From NCBI RefSeq assembly GCF_009914755.1, contig NC_060928.1: a stretch of 64,000 bases of DNA; one strand, written 5' to 3'. A model generated the notes under the pieces. That model was not told the origin of the DNA and searched no databases. It worked only from the letters and a program-made list of their open reading frames with translations. The translations under genes and the position numbers were made by a program. Shown one piece after another: positions 45,233 through 58,690 of the stretch. Source of the stretch: the human T2T-CHM13v2.0 reference genome, Homo sapiens. Numbering within the stretch: the first letter of the stretch is position 1; each line of letters starts with the position of its first letter.

Positions 45233-45337
45233 CCCCTAACACCTCATGGCCATCTTGGGTACTGATGGCCTTGGCCACAGAAACCACCAAATGTGCTGTT
45301 TATGTTTCACTACCATTTAACTCTATGAACAGCACAG
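45233..45337 (+). other. Candidate 105-nt exon
   Basis: cctcatccgtcctttctgcag|...cag|gtaagc; multiple of 3; open in phase 1. Confidence 0.35.
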
Positions 45338-46129
45338 GTAAGCAGAATCAATGAGTAACTGTAAGTGGCACTCGTTAATTTGTCTTTAAATAAGGTTTAG
45401 GGGGAAAAAAAGTTAACTACGATATGTTTCAACCATCAAAGCCTGATGATCTCTATGACATTTCATAAGACTAAAGAAAAATAAAATGTAGAACTTCTCA
45501 GGAACAATATTGTCATTTGTTCGTTCGTGAGTTCTACATATACTGTGTTAAACATGAAAATCTTGCTCTTCTGGGCCAGATTAAAATGAAACCTTTAAAA
45601 CTTCTTTTAAAAGCATTTTTGAAAACAATACTCATAATAGATTATCTCACAAAGGAAAAAAGTAGTCTTTTAAAAAATAAAAATTCAGACATAACAATCA
45701 CATTATTTTAATACCCCAGGTCTAATTGGACAATGTTTATTTGTCTTTTAGGAGTAATTAAAATTCCCTATTCACCATCACTATGTCATCCCATCTTCTA
45801 TTGTTCATCAGTGTTCTTCAAAAATGAAAAATTGTAATTAATCTTCGAAGAAAGGAGACATACAAAATTGTTATTCAAAGTATTTTAAAGCAAGGCATAG
45901 TATAGGTGCTCAATTGCAAATCAGACCTTTCTCTTTTTGCTCAATTGGCCAGGACTTTTCAGGACTGAATCAAAACTTGTTATAGAAAGAAAGAAATGTT
46001 ATGTATTTCCCTTATTCCTTTCTTTATAGAATTGTTAGGGGTTTCCTAATTCATCGGTATTATGATTTCACGCTTCTTTGAGATTTAGCTTATTGGAAAA
46101 CTTTTATTGTCAATGTTGCAAGAAGGTCT

Positions 46130-46670
46130 TGCCCTTTAAAGATGTCATGTGTGAAGATGGCAACCAGTAATAGATAGAAACAGACCAAGTTACAGTAAGA
46201 CCTCCCTTTCTATCAGTGATATCCAAAGATACCTACCCTCCCTCTCACTTCCCCATTTCCTTTGTCATTCCCTAACACTATGTGATCTGGGCTGTAGATT
46301 AAACAAGAGGGAAATTATCATAAATCTAGACCAAAGATACCTTCTTCTTTCTCACTCCAAATACAAAGGTGAAAGGGGAAGTCAAAGAGCAGACAGACCA
46401 CTGTCCCATCTCCAACCTGAGGTCCCCTGAGCTTCAGGTCAACAGTCTAGTAGTAACCATAAGATAGGGGATGGAATTTACATTAAAGTTGAGGCTCAAT
46501 CTTTAAACTGGAGTTGGTTTAATGATTAAAAGGAATAAGAAATATGGAGTCTGTCCAGAGCTCATGTTAAAACTGAATTGAGAGTCTTCAACCTGTTACA
46601 CTTTTATTTCTTAATCAAAATGGAAATTTTACATAAAATTTGAAGCTGTTCAAGGAAATCAAGTATCCAT
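46130..46670 (+). mobile_element. Possible ancient Gypsy-type LTR relic (MamGypLTR-like)
   Basis: tttaaactggagttggtttaatgattaaaagg..agaaatatggagtctgtccagagctcat resembles a recalled consensus; weak. Confidence 0.3.
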
Positions 46671-46679
46671 TAATGGAAC

Positions 46680-46850
46680 AGAATTATAGCCTATTAGAGC
46701 TGAAAAGAACCTCAATATCACCTGCCCACTTCTTAATTTTGTAGATGAGGAAATTGAGAAAAGTTGAACAAATAACCCAAGTTTACAAGAGTAAGTCAGA
46801 GCTAGCTCTAGAAGTCAGATTATCTGACTTGCAGTTCAATGCTGATTGGC
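46680..46850 (-). mobile_element. MIR relic
   Basis: ttttgtagatgaggaaattgagaaaagttgaacaaataacccaag. Confidence 0.65.
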
Positions 46851-47254
46851 CCCAACAGGCCTTTGTAATTGGACATGAAAAGGGTTGGCATTATGAATCT
46901 GAAAAGAGGAAAGTAAGGTGGGAGTAAAAATCAACTTTACTTTCAATTTTGACCTAATATGTCGACCTCTCCACAGGCATTTCCCTCCAAGCTCAGATGG
47001 GTTCTAACATCATGAAAAGTACATTTCAACTGGGTTATTTCACTTTAAAACCTTTCTCTGTGGTACCTTTCAGCGAAAGATTCTTAATTCTTGATAATAT
47101 ATTTCACTGTGAAAAGGATGAAGATATTTTATTAATTGTATGAACACAGTTCAGAATACCTAACTCTTCACTGATAAGCTGAGAGGAGTATTTAAGTAAT
47201 GATATAGTATTATCTATGCTTTTGATAGAGAGAAAATGTTATAATAATTTTAAC

Positions 47255-47460
47255 CAGTGTATGTACCAGGTGCTGTTAATTTTTTAAAATGAATAATTAG
47301 AAGCTACTTATGATGCAGGTAGTGTTGGTATACCCGATTTGCATGTGGCAAAGCTGAGGCTGAGATAGATTAAATTAATTTGCTCAAGATCACAAAAATA
47401 TGTGAATTGGACTCAAACCCAGGCTGCCTTATTCCAGATGTTTTAGGCATACTGCCACTC
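47255..47460 (-). mobile_element. MIR relic
   Basis: tgtaccaggtgctgtta...aagctgaggctgagatagattaaattaatttgctcaagatcaca. Confidence 0.65.
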
Positions 47461-50400
47461 TTGGATGAAGTACTTTTCAAAGTACCCCTGATTATTTTTT
47501 TTCTCTCACTTTCCAATTTCCTAGTTCTTTCCATGCGACAGCAATGTTGTTTTCATTAAGGCAAAAGGAAATAAGAGTTAAACATGTGGATAGGTGCATT
47601 TGTGCAGATTTGACGATTATGGGAATAGAATTTAGTTAGAGGGAAATAAGCTATTGTATAAGAAAATTACACATTAAAAGGAAAGGTTTAAAACTAATTT
47701 TTAAAGCAATTAAGTGATAACCTTTCAAAATGTATATTTTTGTATTTTAAGTGTATTATATTCTATGCCCATTTTATGTTTTTTTCTCTTGACTATACAG
47801 TAAATATATTAAGAGAAAATATTATATTATGAGGAGATATACTTACTATAATGCTCTTCTGAAACTGGGAGATCGTGAGGCAATTAGTGCAAATTCCTGT
47901 ATTAAGAACTTAACTTAAACATAAGAATTAAATGTAAAGAAAATAAGTGACACTGTGGAAATAATGGAGTTGTTAACAAAAGGAGGAATCTCATCTAAGA
48001 AGACTTAGGAGTGGTTTTTTAGGTCTGAGGTGGTTCCCTGTCTTCATAGCTCCTCCAGACACAGTTTCTACCTCTCGCCTGCTTGTTCCGACTGAGCTAT
48101 TGCAGGCCATTTATTACTAGGAACACAAGCAGTATTTTGACTTGCAGCCATAATGCAAACCCAAATTTTGCACACTGTCTTCAGCCATCACTTTAAACTT
48201 GGAAAATTATGACTTTAATTAAAGATTCAGCATAAAGCCAGCAAGACAATAAATCTGAAATTGATTCTTTGGTGTGGATTACATTCCTGTGACCTCAATG
48301 GTCACATTGTCTCTCATGCTGCCAGTACTGCCCCGTACTTCCCACAGATCCTCCCTCCTAACCCTTCACCTTGAGTGGTTTTCTTCTCTTCCCCACTCCA
48401 GTGTCATATTGTTAAAGCACTCACAATCTTAGAATGGATGATATGTATACCTAAGCTGTAAAACAAAAATTGATATCTGAAACTGTATTAGGAAAATACA
48501 TGTAGTTTTCAGATTAAAATGAAAGAAATAGATTGAATCACAGCTTAGTGTCATTTCACTTTTATTATTATAGCATATTTTAAAAATACTATTCAGTGTA
48601 AGCTAGATTTTTTTAAAATTTGATAATCTTGTTTTAAGCCCAAATGAAGATGAGTTAAAAGCAAAAAAGGCAGGAATTTTAACGTTGCAATTAAAACTAA
48701 ATTTGAACTCATCTCAGTTTACAATAAAGCTTTTGGATTTACATTTTGGAATCTGGCCTTCTTGTCTGTTGTATTAACTAATGACTGACTCTTTTAACTC
48801 TTGGAATACCTAGGTCCTTTTTCCTCCTATGTTCCAATTTCCCAGTTTTTTCCATGTGACAACAATACTTTTTCCATCGAGGCAAAAAGAAGTAAGACTT
48901 AAACATGGGAGTAAATTCATTTGTGCAAATTTGGGGAGAATGTGAATAAAACTAAGGCACAAGAAAATAATGGATTCATTTTTCTGTGATAACATATATG
49001 AATGATTGAGGAAGTTAATGAAAAGGGAGTCCCACTAAAAAGTCAGAATTATAAAGAAAATCCTAGAGAGTTGCACTCTAAAGCTGAGGCTGTCATTTCT
49101 TAAAACATTGCAGCTTGGTACAAGGGAGACCTCAGAACAGTGGGTGTTCTAACAGTTCCAGTCCATGCTTCAGTACCCAGGAGTGACGGGATGACTGGAA
49201 GGCAGAGAGACTGCCATATTGATTTCTGTGGAAAACCAAAGCCCCCAAATATCAATCTTAACTTTTCTTCGAAAAACTTATACTTCTTCCCAAAATCATT
49301 TTAAACACAAGCCAATAAATGTAAACTGCATACAAAAATCAAAATAACATATTTTATGTGTGCATGTAAACAACAAGAAAAGTAAGACATATTTAGCTAA
49401 TATCTTAGGTTTGCTATCTTTTTGCAATATAGATGCCTTTTGTAACTTTCCTGCAGGGGTAAGTATGGACCATAAACTCTGAAACACAGATGATGGAGTA
49501 CAGCCTACATTTATAAGATGGCTACAGAGGCCCCAAACGTAATAAGTACTGGAATTAAGGAATTATATGATACTTCCATTTAAAAGAAAAATTAAGATAC
49601 TCCATACTTTTAAATGAAATGTCAAAGAATCTGTGTCACATTGTAGAAAACACTGAGACAGGCATCTAAGTAAATACAAACATTAAAGCAACTTAAAACG
49701 CATTAATTGAAGGCCATTTCCTAACTAAAATTGTTTCCTCCAGTTGAAATATTGCAGCTTAATCCAACATTTTGTTTCTCTGACTTGTGTGAAGTGTAAA
49801 CTCATGATGCATCTTCTTTCCTCTGAAGTCACTCTGGCCTAAGCAGCTCATCATTTCTATCATTTGCTAGGAAATGTGCCACATGGTTGCATTATGAAGA
49901 AAATAATGTGTATAATGTGATTATAATCCACTTTTAACTCTGAGACTTAGTGTTGAAATTTGCCTAGGGCGATTTCAGAATACATTCTAAAGGTTCAACC
50001 TTATTTGAAGGAAGCACTTTGTGTATCTTCACATCCCCTCAAGGATATCGGTGTGATGACACCGGGGCCACCAGGCTGCCATTAGGATAGTCATGACAGT
50101 CACTATTTGGTTTTTACCTAAACAGCTCAAATATTTCATTGTGGAAAGTAACTATACTGGAACACTTAATAAAATGTTTCTGGAAAAAAAATTAACTTAA
50201 ATCCATGATTTCATGCCATGGAACTCTGAGTTAGAGGTTTTAAATTTTTTCAGCCCCAAAGACAAACTGCATAGCTGGTGTTCTTCCATTACAGTTGCTT
50301 TTGTGTATTTAATATGCCATATTGCATTTAAGATGCTAAATGAATACACAGACTAAAGTTGCATTTTTCACATTAAGCTGTTAAGAGTCTCTTTAAATGA

Positions 50401-51094
50401 ACTTTGAATATTAGCAAATGATATATCATTTAATAACCAGTCTAAATCACATTCTTCTCATTGTCCTGCTGTGCATCTTAATGACTGGAGGCAGGCAGGA
50501 TATTAGAGTGGTTAATGGACAATATTTTTATATTGACTTACTTAAAATACTCTAATAAATTCCTTCTCCATGAAGAATAGGCAGGAAATATATTCCTCTA
50601 GGAGCCAAAAGGCAGTAATACTTAAGAACTTATACGAGTTTGGGAGCATTACCTATAATATGCCCACATGTCTTTTTGTGATCCAGATGAATAAAACATC
50701 AAGATTTTCACTCTTTCTTAACATGTGATAGCAACATGTTTTGAAAGTGAATCACATTGTATAAAAGCCCCAAACAGCAAAGACATAAATTTCTTCACGT
50801 AGTCACCAAACTGACTAGTCTGTGTCTGAAAACATAAGGATAAAATTTACCTTGCCCAAGCAGGGAGGGAACACATTTCATCACCCTCGTCATATTCGTG
50901 TCATCGTATTCTTCATAGAGTTGTATTCCATCCATTCAGAATATAATCGTCTCACTATCATTCACAAGGTGGCTGACTGTTTAGGGTTCTCCTTGTCAAT
51001 AACACAGTACTTAGCCTTTTCACCCACTTTCTAACGTCCTCAGGTATGTTAATTACTCCCATAGTTCCAGGTTTAGAAGTCGTCTTATGTCACT

Positions 51095-51590
51095 TATACC
51101 AGTTAGGATGACATTTACTTGAAAGTAACAGAAAAAACAGGTAACTAAAGTGTCGTGAACAGTGGGAGCTTAATTTTCCCACTGAATTTTTTAGGAATGC
51201 AGTTAATATCATTGTTTCAGCTTCTTGGACTGTCATATGGATGAAGACTCTTTCTCTCTTTTAACCATCATGAATAACTAGCTTTCCTCTCCATGTTTAG
51301 AGAGGACTGCAGCATCTCTGGATGTCACTATTATATTTACAAGCAGAAAACAATATATGGAGGTAGAAGCAGTTAGAAAAGGGCAGGCTAGAAGAAAACT
51401 ACCCTAGAAATGCCCCATCACACTTTCTCTTACGGCTTATTGAACAGAACTGAGTCACACAGTTACTCTAAATTACAAGCAAAACTGAAAATATGTCCCC
51501 CTTTTTCCCTACAGTGAGAAGCAGGCAAGATATAGGTCTGCTAGGATTTGCTTATAAATTTGCCAAGCAAGAGTAGCCACCACTGCCACA
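51095..51590 (-). mobile_element. Old MLT1 (J/K/L-like) LTR
   Basis: cagttaggat..tgaaagtaacagaaaa; ttattgaacagaactgagtcaca; ends ctgccaca. Confidence 0.6.
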
Positions 51591-51603
51591 CAAATTAGCC
51601 TCC

Positions 51604-52198
51604 CCATTGTTGCCTGCACCTTTCTTTCACCACCTGTTGCTCTCTCTGGTCTCTGTTGATGAAGTGCACTGGGGCATTGTGTGCTTTATGAAGACACAGT
51701 CTGTCACTAGACTGTCTAGGCATAGAGGCATAAGTCATCAGTGGTTTGTTCTTAGAGATCTACCTATAAGTTGTAGAAATATCACTGATAGGAGGAGATT
51801 CCTAAAGCAGAAGCCACTCCTGAACTCAAGAACTAGGGTAAGTCTTTGCCCGTAAGGTGGAGCTCTGTAAGCTCTTCCGCTGCAGAATAGCTGTGATGCT
51901 ACCATTGTTGCCTGCACCTTTCTTTCACCGTCTGTTGCCTCTATGGTCTTCTGTTGATGAAGTACACCGGGGCACTGTGTGCTTTATGAAGATGCAGTCT
52001 GTCACTAGACTGTCTAGGCAGTAGAGGCATAAGTCGTCAGTGTTGCTTCTTAGATATCTACCTATAAGTTGTAGAAATGTCACTGCTGGAGGAGATTCCT
52101 AAGGCAGAAGCCACTCCTGAACTCAAGAACTAGGGTAAGTCTTTGCCTGTAAGGTGGAGCTCTGTAAGCTATTCCGCTGCAGAATAGTTGTGATGCTA
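51604..52198. repeat. Head-to-tail tandem duplication, 298 bp + 297 bp
   Basis: Copies at 51604-51901 and 51902-52198; about 22-24 differences by manual comparison. Confidence 0.97.
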
Positions 52199-53988
52199 CA
52201 GGGGTAACAGTCATTGTACACCAACCTCCCTTCTATTGTGAGAAATCTTCTTTACGTTGATAATTTGTAACATAAAGCACTGCTTCGAACCTGGAGAACT
52301 TTTCCTACAGCTATCCCCAGTGGACACCATGCCTTTTTCTACTCTTCCAAAATCTTCATGAGATCAAGGGGATAATCTTGCTCTTTAGAGTTCCCCATCT
52401 ATGAAAATTCCACTTCATTGTTCTGTCAAAAATGTTTAACAAAGTTTCCACTTTGGAAACCCAACTTTTTATACGATCTGTGTATATTCAAACCATTGGT
52501 TTGATTACCTTCAAAACATTCTCTCCCTTGTTTTAAAAAAAAGAAAAAAAGGATCCCACATTTTCTGTTATTTCCTCAAAGCTTTATATCCTACATTTTA
52601 CCACTTATAAATCCGTATGAGGGACTTCGCTAACACTTTGATTTAAGTCTCCCTCCTCTTTAACAGCAATCTCTGCCCTCTTCTCCACCCTCCTGTCACC
52701 CATTAGATGACTTACATAGTTTTCCTCCAGACTAACCCTCTTCATAGCAGCTCCACCTCCAGGACCTTAAATTCAGAACCCCTGTGTCTGGGCAAAACCT
52801 CTTTACTTCCTCCTCTCCTGTGTCTTGAGTCCCCCAGAACATGATCCTCATTTTCTTTTTCTTCATCATCCACCAAACCAACTTTCATCCTTGGTTCGCT
52901 GGCACCTCCTATGGACTCTCCCTGACTTTCTTACCACACCGTGTTAGAAATGGTAATATTAGCATAGGAAAATAAATTTCTCCCCCAGCTTTTTTTCACT
53001 CCAGTCCCTCCTATGACTTAATTTCATCTTCTTAAAACATAGATTTTAATGTATCTCTCAGTTGCTCTCTATCCTTCCATCATGCACACTTTCCTATTAT
53101 ATTCATTTCCCTCTCTTTATGCTGCACTTAAAGCTTTCTGCAAGTAAACCCAGATCTCTCTTCCCAAACAGATCTTCCTCACTCCTAAATATATTCTCCT
53201 TTATTTTGCTGTCTGAACCATTCCCCTTGTTGTTGCCTTTCCTCAGTGTAAAATGACAAAGCCTTCAATAACCATTAGAGGAAATAAATTCTTTAAGGCA
53301 CAAATTAGATGCAACTTCTTTTTTTTTAATTCTAACTTAATGCACTCTCTATGCTTTGTCTTTTTATGATAGTTTATGCCTCTGATATGACACTTACCAT
53401 ATACTTCCTTGGAAAGGAATTCTTGAAAGTATTTCTTGTGTGTACATTGTTATATTGTGTTTTAAGCCAGTTGAAGAAAATGGTCATGTACATCTTCAGA
53501 GTTGCACGTAGCTTCTGATCAATGAATATTGCTGAGTGAATGTTTAATGTTAAAAAACTAAAAATCTCTTCACATAGTTAAGTTAATCCAACACAAGAGC
53601 TCAATAAGAGCCAAACTGGGAACTTCAGGACAAATTACAAAGTCACCAAAAATAAAATATCAAGGGGAAAATGAGATAAAAATTAACAAGAAATGCAAGG
53701 CACAACATTTTCCATACAGTAACACTGAGCAGCAAAGGAAAGAAAAGTCACACAATCGTGTCTCTTAATTAGTAGAGAGTTCCTCTCAAATACTCTACAC
53801 TTAGTTGGCTATGAAGCTGTAGAAATTCCCAAAGAAAGAAAATCTACTACCTCTCCTGTTGAATAATCCAAATTAACACAATATTGCAAAAGAACATGGA
53901 CAAGATGGAGGCCAGGGGGAAAATGTATGCATTAAGAAATGGAATTCGTTTCCAAGTATATTAATATATTACTTCTTTTTTTTTATAT

Positions 53989-54149
53989 CAGTGGTTTCCA
54001 AAGTGTCATTCTTGCGCCAGCAGCAGCAACTTACCTACAAAGGATTAGAAATATTCCCTGACCCACTGAATCAGAAACTCTGAGGGTTTGATGCAGCATG
54101 GTCATTCCTCCAGGTGATTCTGATGCACATCGAAGTTTTGAAACCACTG
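53989..54149. mobile_element. MER5A (hAT-Charlie)
   Basis: TIRs cagtggtttccaaa / ttttgaaaccactg; actgaatcagaaactctg; ccaggtgattctgatgcac. Confidence 0.88.
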
Positions 54150-54499
54150 ACTTAACCACTGGAGCATTCTTCTGCTTGTTTATAAATCCACCTTAAAATT
54201 ATAAAACATTAAATTGATAGTCCAGAAATATTTAAGAAAGAAAAATTCACTCTTCCCAGATAATTTTTGTTGTTGTTGTTAATGTCTTGGTAACAGCTGA
54301 ATTGAAGGATAATAGTGAAATAGTATAAATTTATTTGTCCAAATGCCTGGGATACACAATCTATTCCACCCCCACCTCCAGCCTCAGTAGACAATGAGCT
54401 TTTGGAGGTCAAGAATTGTGTCTATTCTGCTAATTACATAGCACAGTAAGCATGTATGCACTGGATATTTGTGGAACTCATAGACTCAAGACAATCAAG

Positions 54500-54930
54500 A
54501 ATATAAGCTCCATGGGGTAGAGAAGACAATTGTTAACCCGTGGAACTTATATTCTACTCAGAGACATAGAGCTTTAACAGATAGCTTATAAATGTCTAAC
54601 TGAACACTACTAACTGTGTGACTGGAAAGAGAAGAGTCAAATAGGCTTCAGATGGGTGGTCAGAAAAGGCCACTCCAAGGAGTTGACATTTAAGCTGAGA
54701 CCTGAAAGTGAAGACACAGCCTGAAGAAGATCTGGAGGGAGAGTTTCCTTGGCAGGGAGTAAATAAGGGGCAGAGAGCCTGTATGGGAAGGAGTTCGCTT
54801 TACCTTGGGAACCGTCAGTGTGTCTGTGCTTAACTGGAGACAGGGAGATTGGCAGGCAATGAAGGTGGGAAGGTGGAGAGTTAGAAGTGTCAGAAGATTC
54901 AGAGTCTTCTGAGCAGAGGCAAAGAGTTGA
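54500..54930 (-). mobile_element. L2 relic
   Basis: gggtggtcagaaaaggccactccaaggagttgacatttaagctgagacctgaa. Confidence 0.7.
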
Positions 54931-57900
54931 TTGAAAAAAATAGATGTAGTCTCTGTTTTAACATCAAATACTGTTTTAACCTCAAATACTTCTGCAAGGT
55001 GATAGAATATAATTCACACTTCTTCAAATTGTGAGTGAAATTGTAGTTAAGAGCGAAAGGGGAAAATCTGTTTCATAGGTGCTGAGTTTTTAATTGCTGA
55101 TGAAAGCAATTTAGTGTCAGGTTTCCCATTAGAATTCAAATGTTTTATTATTGGTCAATATATGTTTGATGGAAACCTCAGCTCTCCCCAGCCCCCTGGC
55201 TTTCTTTGTAACATCAGATGAATTTTAACATTTTGCACGTGCAAGTTCAAAATGCCAGCTTTTATCATCTACTCCTGAAAATTGAGAATTGGATACCACA
55301 AAGAGTTAAGATAAACCTGCTTGCAAATTAACTAGAAGATTGCAAGGTAAAGCCCAACCGTGGCCTCAAGATGCTATTTCCTTCTCTCAAACCTTAGAAA
55401 GACCACGTGTGTCTATTGTTAGAAGGTGGGTTTCATGGTCATTGACGATGGGTAGAACCTAAACATAGAACATCTTTGTCAGTGATTCCTGTAACTCTTA
55501 ACTGAGTTACTACACTTGATGCTAGATGAGATTAAATATCATCTTGAACTTGAGAGAGAAATGGGAAGAAAATCTTTCACTTGGTATATATAATTACTTT
55601 GTAACATTACAATGTTACTCTTAAAAGACTCAGTTCCTATTAAATATTGAGCATAGTACTTCTCCTGTGGAACACTCAAAAATAAAAACCAGCATGGTTC
55701 GCTTTTCCATAAATAATTTTTTTATTCCTTTAGTCTTCTGCTTAAAATCATTTTGTAGGTTTGTGATTTCATCCCAGAAAACACTCTTAATCACAAGCAG
55801 TGGGATGCCCCCTTTCACTGTGAAAGCACACCATGCTGTTATTTGTTATAGAATTAATTCTTGTAAGTGCAATTTCATGCTTTGCCACAACTAGCTCCTT
55901 ATTGCTATCATCTTTTAAAAACACTATGTTATTTTTATATTTTAAAACACTGTTATTTTTATATTTTAAAAAACACAGTCCTTTTTAGAGAGTATAACAC
56001 ATTCATTCCTTTAATGATGCTCTTGTCTGCTTTATGAAATAACTATTGTTTTTCTGTTTTCCATCATATTGTCAGGATATTTTCTCCATTTTTGTTAAAG
56101 GAAAGCAATGCCTGAATGCATTAACTTTATACTTTGCAATGCATCAGAGTTATAGTGCAAGCCAGGGAATATTGCCATCCTCAGGTTAAATTTCCAGGGG
56201 TTCAATAGTATTTGAAAGTGGCAATAGTTCAACTTTTGTGAATTCTGGATCTTCTTTTTGAACTTACTTTTTTCAGTTAGATGAAATAATGATCTAAAAA
56301 ATGCATGTATTTTTATAATACCGCTATTTAGCATTTTTGTATCTGAATCTTCCTTAGAAGTTTTCAAAGGACGAGCAGTGACATATTTGCTGTTGAGAAA
56401 AGACAAACTAAGTCTCATGGCAGTTTCACGATTTTGTGATAACGTTTTTGATGTGCCGCATGAAAGGAATCAAAATGCTTAGTTTGGTCAGTAAAGTATA
56501 GCATGAATCAATCCATGTAAATTAAATGGTTCTTGATTATAATAATGACCCTGATAAAATAAGCATTGATAATATTTAAAGCCTCTGTACTCTTTTAGTG
56601 ATAAAAGATAGTAACATACCTTGGTTTCACCACATTTAATCCTTTTAGGGAGGAAATTTCAAATACGTTATAATTCAGCATGATGATATTTATTATAATG
56701 ATACACTTCTACCTAAAGCTTCGAATAAGTAATCTAATTATATCTAGTAGCCATTAATTGAGAAGAAACTATAAGAAGCAAGAGGTCAATCATTATTATC
56801 TGTTCATTAGTATTACGTAGAATGCTTTTTGCTATAGAGCTTTTTAAAATATGCTTTTCAACAATTGTGAGAAGTCAAGTAAACTCTAAAGACACTAGCA
56901 TTATTAAAATTTAGTCTAATTAATCTTGTTAGCATAATCTGAGTGTTTGAAAATAAGGATAGCAAATAAACATTCTACACATTCCTTGGTAATATGAGTA
57001 AAAAAGGGGGGCCAACATGCATTCAGAGCTGTAAAAAGGGTCTTATAATCTAAAACTATATTAAAATAGATTCCAAGTGACTAATGATAAGCTCTGTACA
57101 TAGTTGGTCTGCTTTACCCATCTAATTATTTTCTATTCGGTAATTTCATTTTCAGTTACATGGTAAATATTTAACATCAGAGAAAATTAACATTTCAAGT
57201 TTTAAACATTATGAAAATGGATTAGCTCCAAATTACACACAGTGTTCGCTCTTCTATTTATTTTCACCCCATATCAATTTTTTTTAATTCCCTCATCTCC
57301 TTGCACTATATATTCACTTAACAAAACTAATAAATTAGATGGGAGAAACCAGTGGAAAAACTAAGTAAAATGAAAATTCGCTAATCCAAATTATTAATTT
57401 TTGTACCTAATAGGATTATTATCACAGGATAACAACAGCTAAAACTATCCTCTAAAACAAAAGATCATTTTTCTTTCATTTGGAACATTTTACATTAGCA
57501 ATGCTTCCTCTACCTGTTCATTAACCATTGCTATTTTTAAATCACATTACATTATATGCCTAGCATTGTATCTCAATAACTATATATTGTTTCTAACTTA
57601 CCTTTCAATTGCTCCCTTTACACCAACCAGGCAAATAATTTTTGTTTCTGTAGATCCACGGTTATTTTGCTTGATCAAATACCAACTATTTTTTTTCTGT
57701 TATGTGTCTTGCAATGCTGGGTTTGTTAGCTGAAAGGTCTTGACTTACGTGCGTTAACTTCTACAATATAATGAGACCAGCAGGAGAATAGACAAAATTG
57801 GCCACTCAGCCAGGTCAACTCTCCCTTCTTCACACCTACAGACATTACTGTCACCACACCCTCCTCTCAGTGATCTAACTCTTACCTAAGTATTTTCTAA

Positions 57901-58519
57901 ACAAATATTTTCAATAATTAAGTTTTCTTACTATTATTAGTTCATTCTCTCAGTTTCCTATCTGTCAATTTCCAAGTCATCCAGGCGCAATGTGGTCTCC
58001 TAGTAGGCATATGAATTATATAGCAATTTCCTTGGATTCAGCCCAAACTGTTCCTGTAACCAAAACTTTACCATCAGGAGTCAGAAAATCTCTCACCTTT
58101 CCCTAAAATATTACAATTTCCTGCTCTGTAACAGTCCCATATACAAATCTACTACATCTATCCCCAAATCTATTCTTACTTCCTCTTCGGACTTTCTTCA
58201 ACTCACTAGTCTGACAAAGAATCCACATTTCCTGGTTTGGATTTTCTGGAGGAAACCTCGATTGAAAAGTAGACTACAATTTAAGCCAATGTAAGTTTTT
58301 TATTTACATGATTAGTATTAACTAGAGGTTCTGGAACTTCTAACATTTTGTTATTCAATACATTAATGAAATAATCTATATTTTATCTCTGCCTCAATCA
58401 CCTAGTGAATTAAGCTAAAAAAAAAATTCAGCCTCCAAAGGGACATATATTCCCTTTTATTCTTCTCTCTGATTTTATTCTTTGTGTTTGGTAGTAATGT
58501 TATGGATGATATTTATTGG

Positions 58520-58690
58520 GAACCAGAACTGTGAGGGGAATTTTTGGTATGAACTATCAGTTTAATTCTCACAATCCTCTGTAAGTAAGAATTGCTAGTC
58601 TTATTTTATTAGTGCATAAATGGGAGCTCAGAGAGGTTAAACAACTTGCCAAAGATAACACAGCTGATAAGTGGTAGAGACAGTGTATAT
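58520..58690 (-). mobile_element. MIR relic
   Basis: tttaattctcacaatcctctgtaagta...gctcagagaggttaaacaacttgccaaagataacacagctgataagtggtagag. Confidence 0.75.

Noticed and set aside
56095-56418. 107-aa minus-strand ORF (also 62416-62757 and 43364-43606)
   Set aside because: No recognisable domain or consistent splice boundaries; lengths compatible with chance
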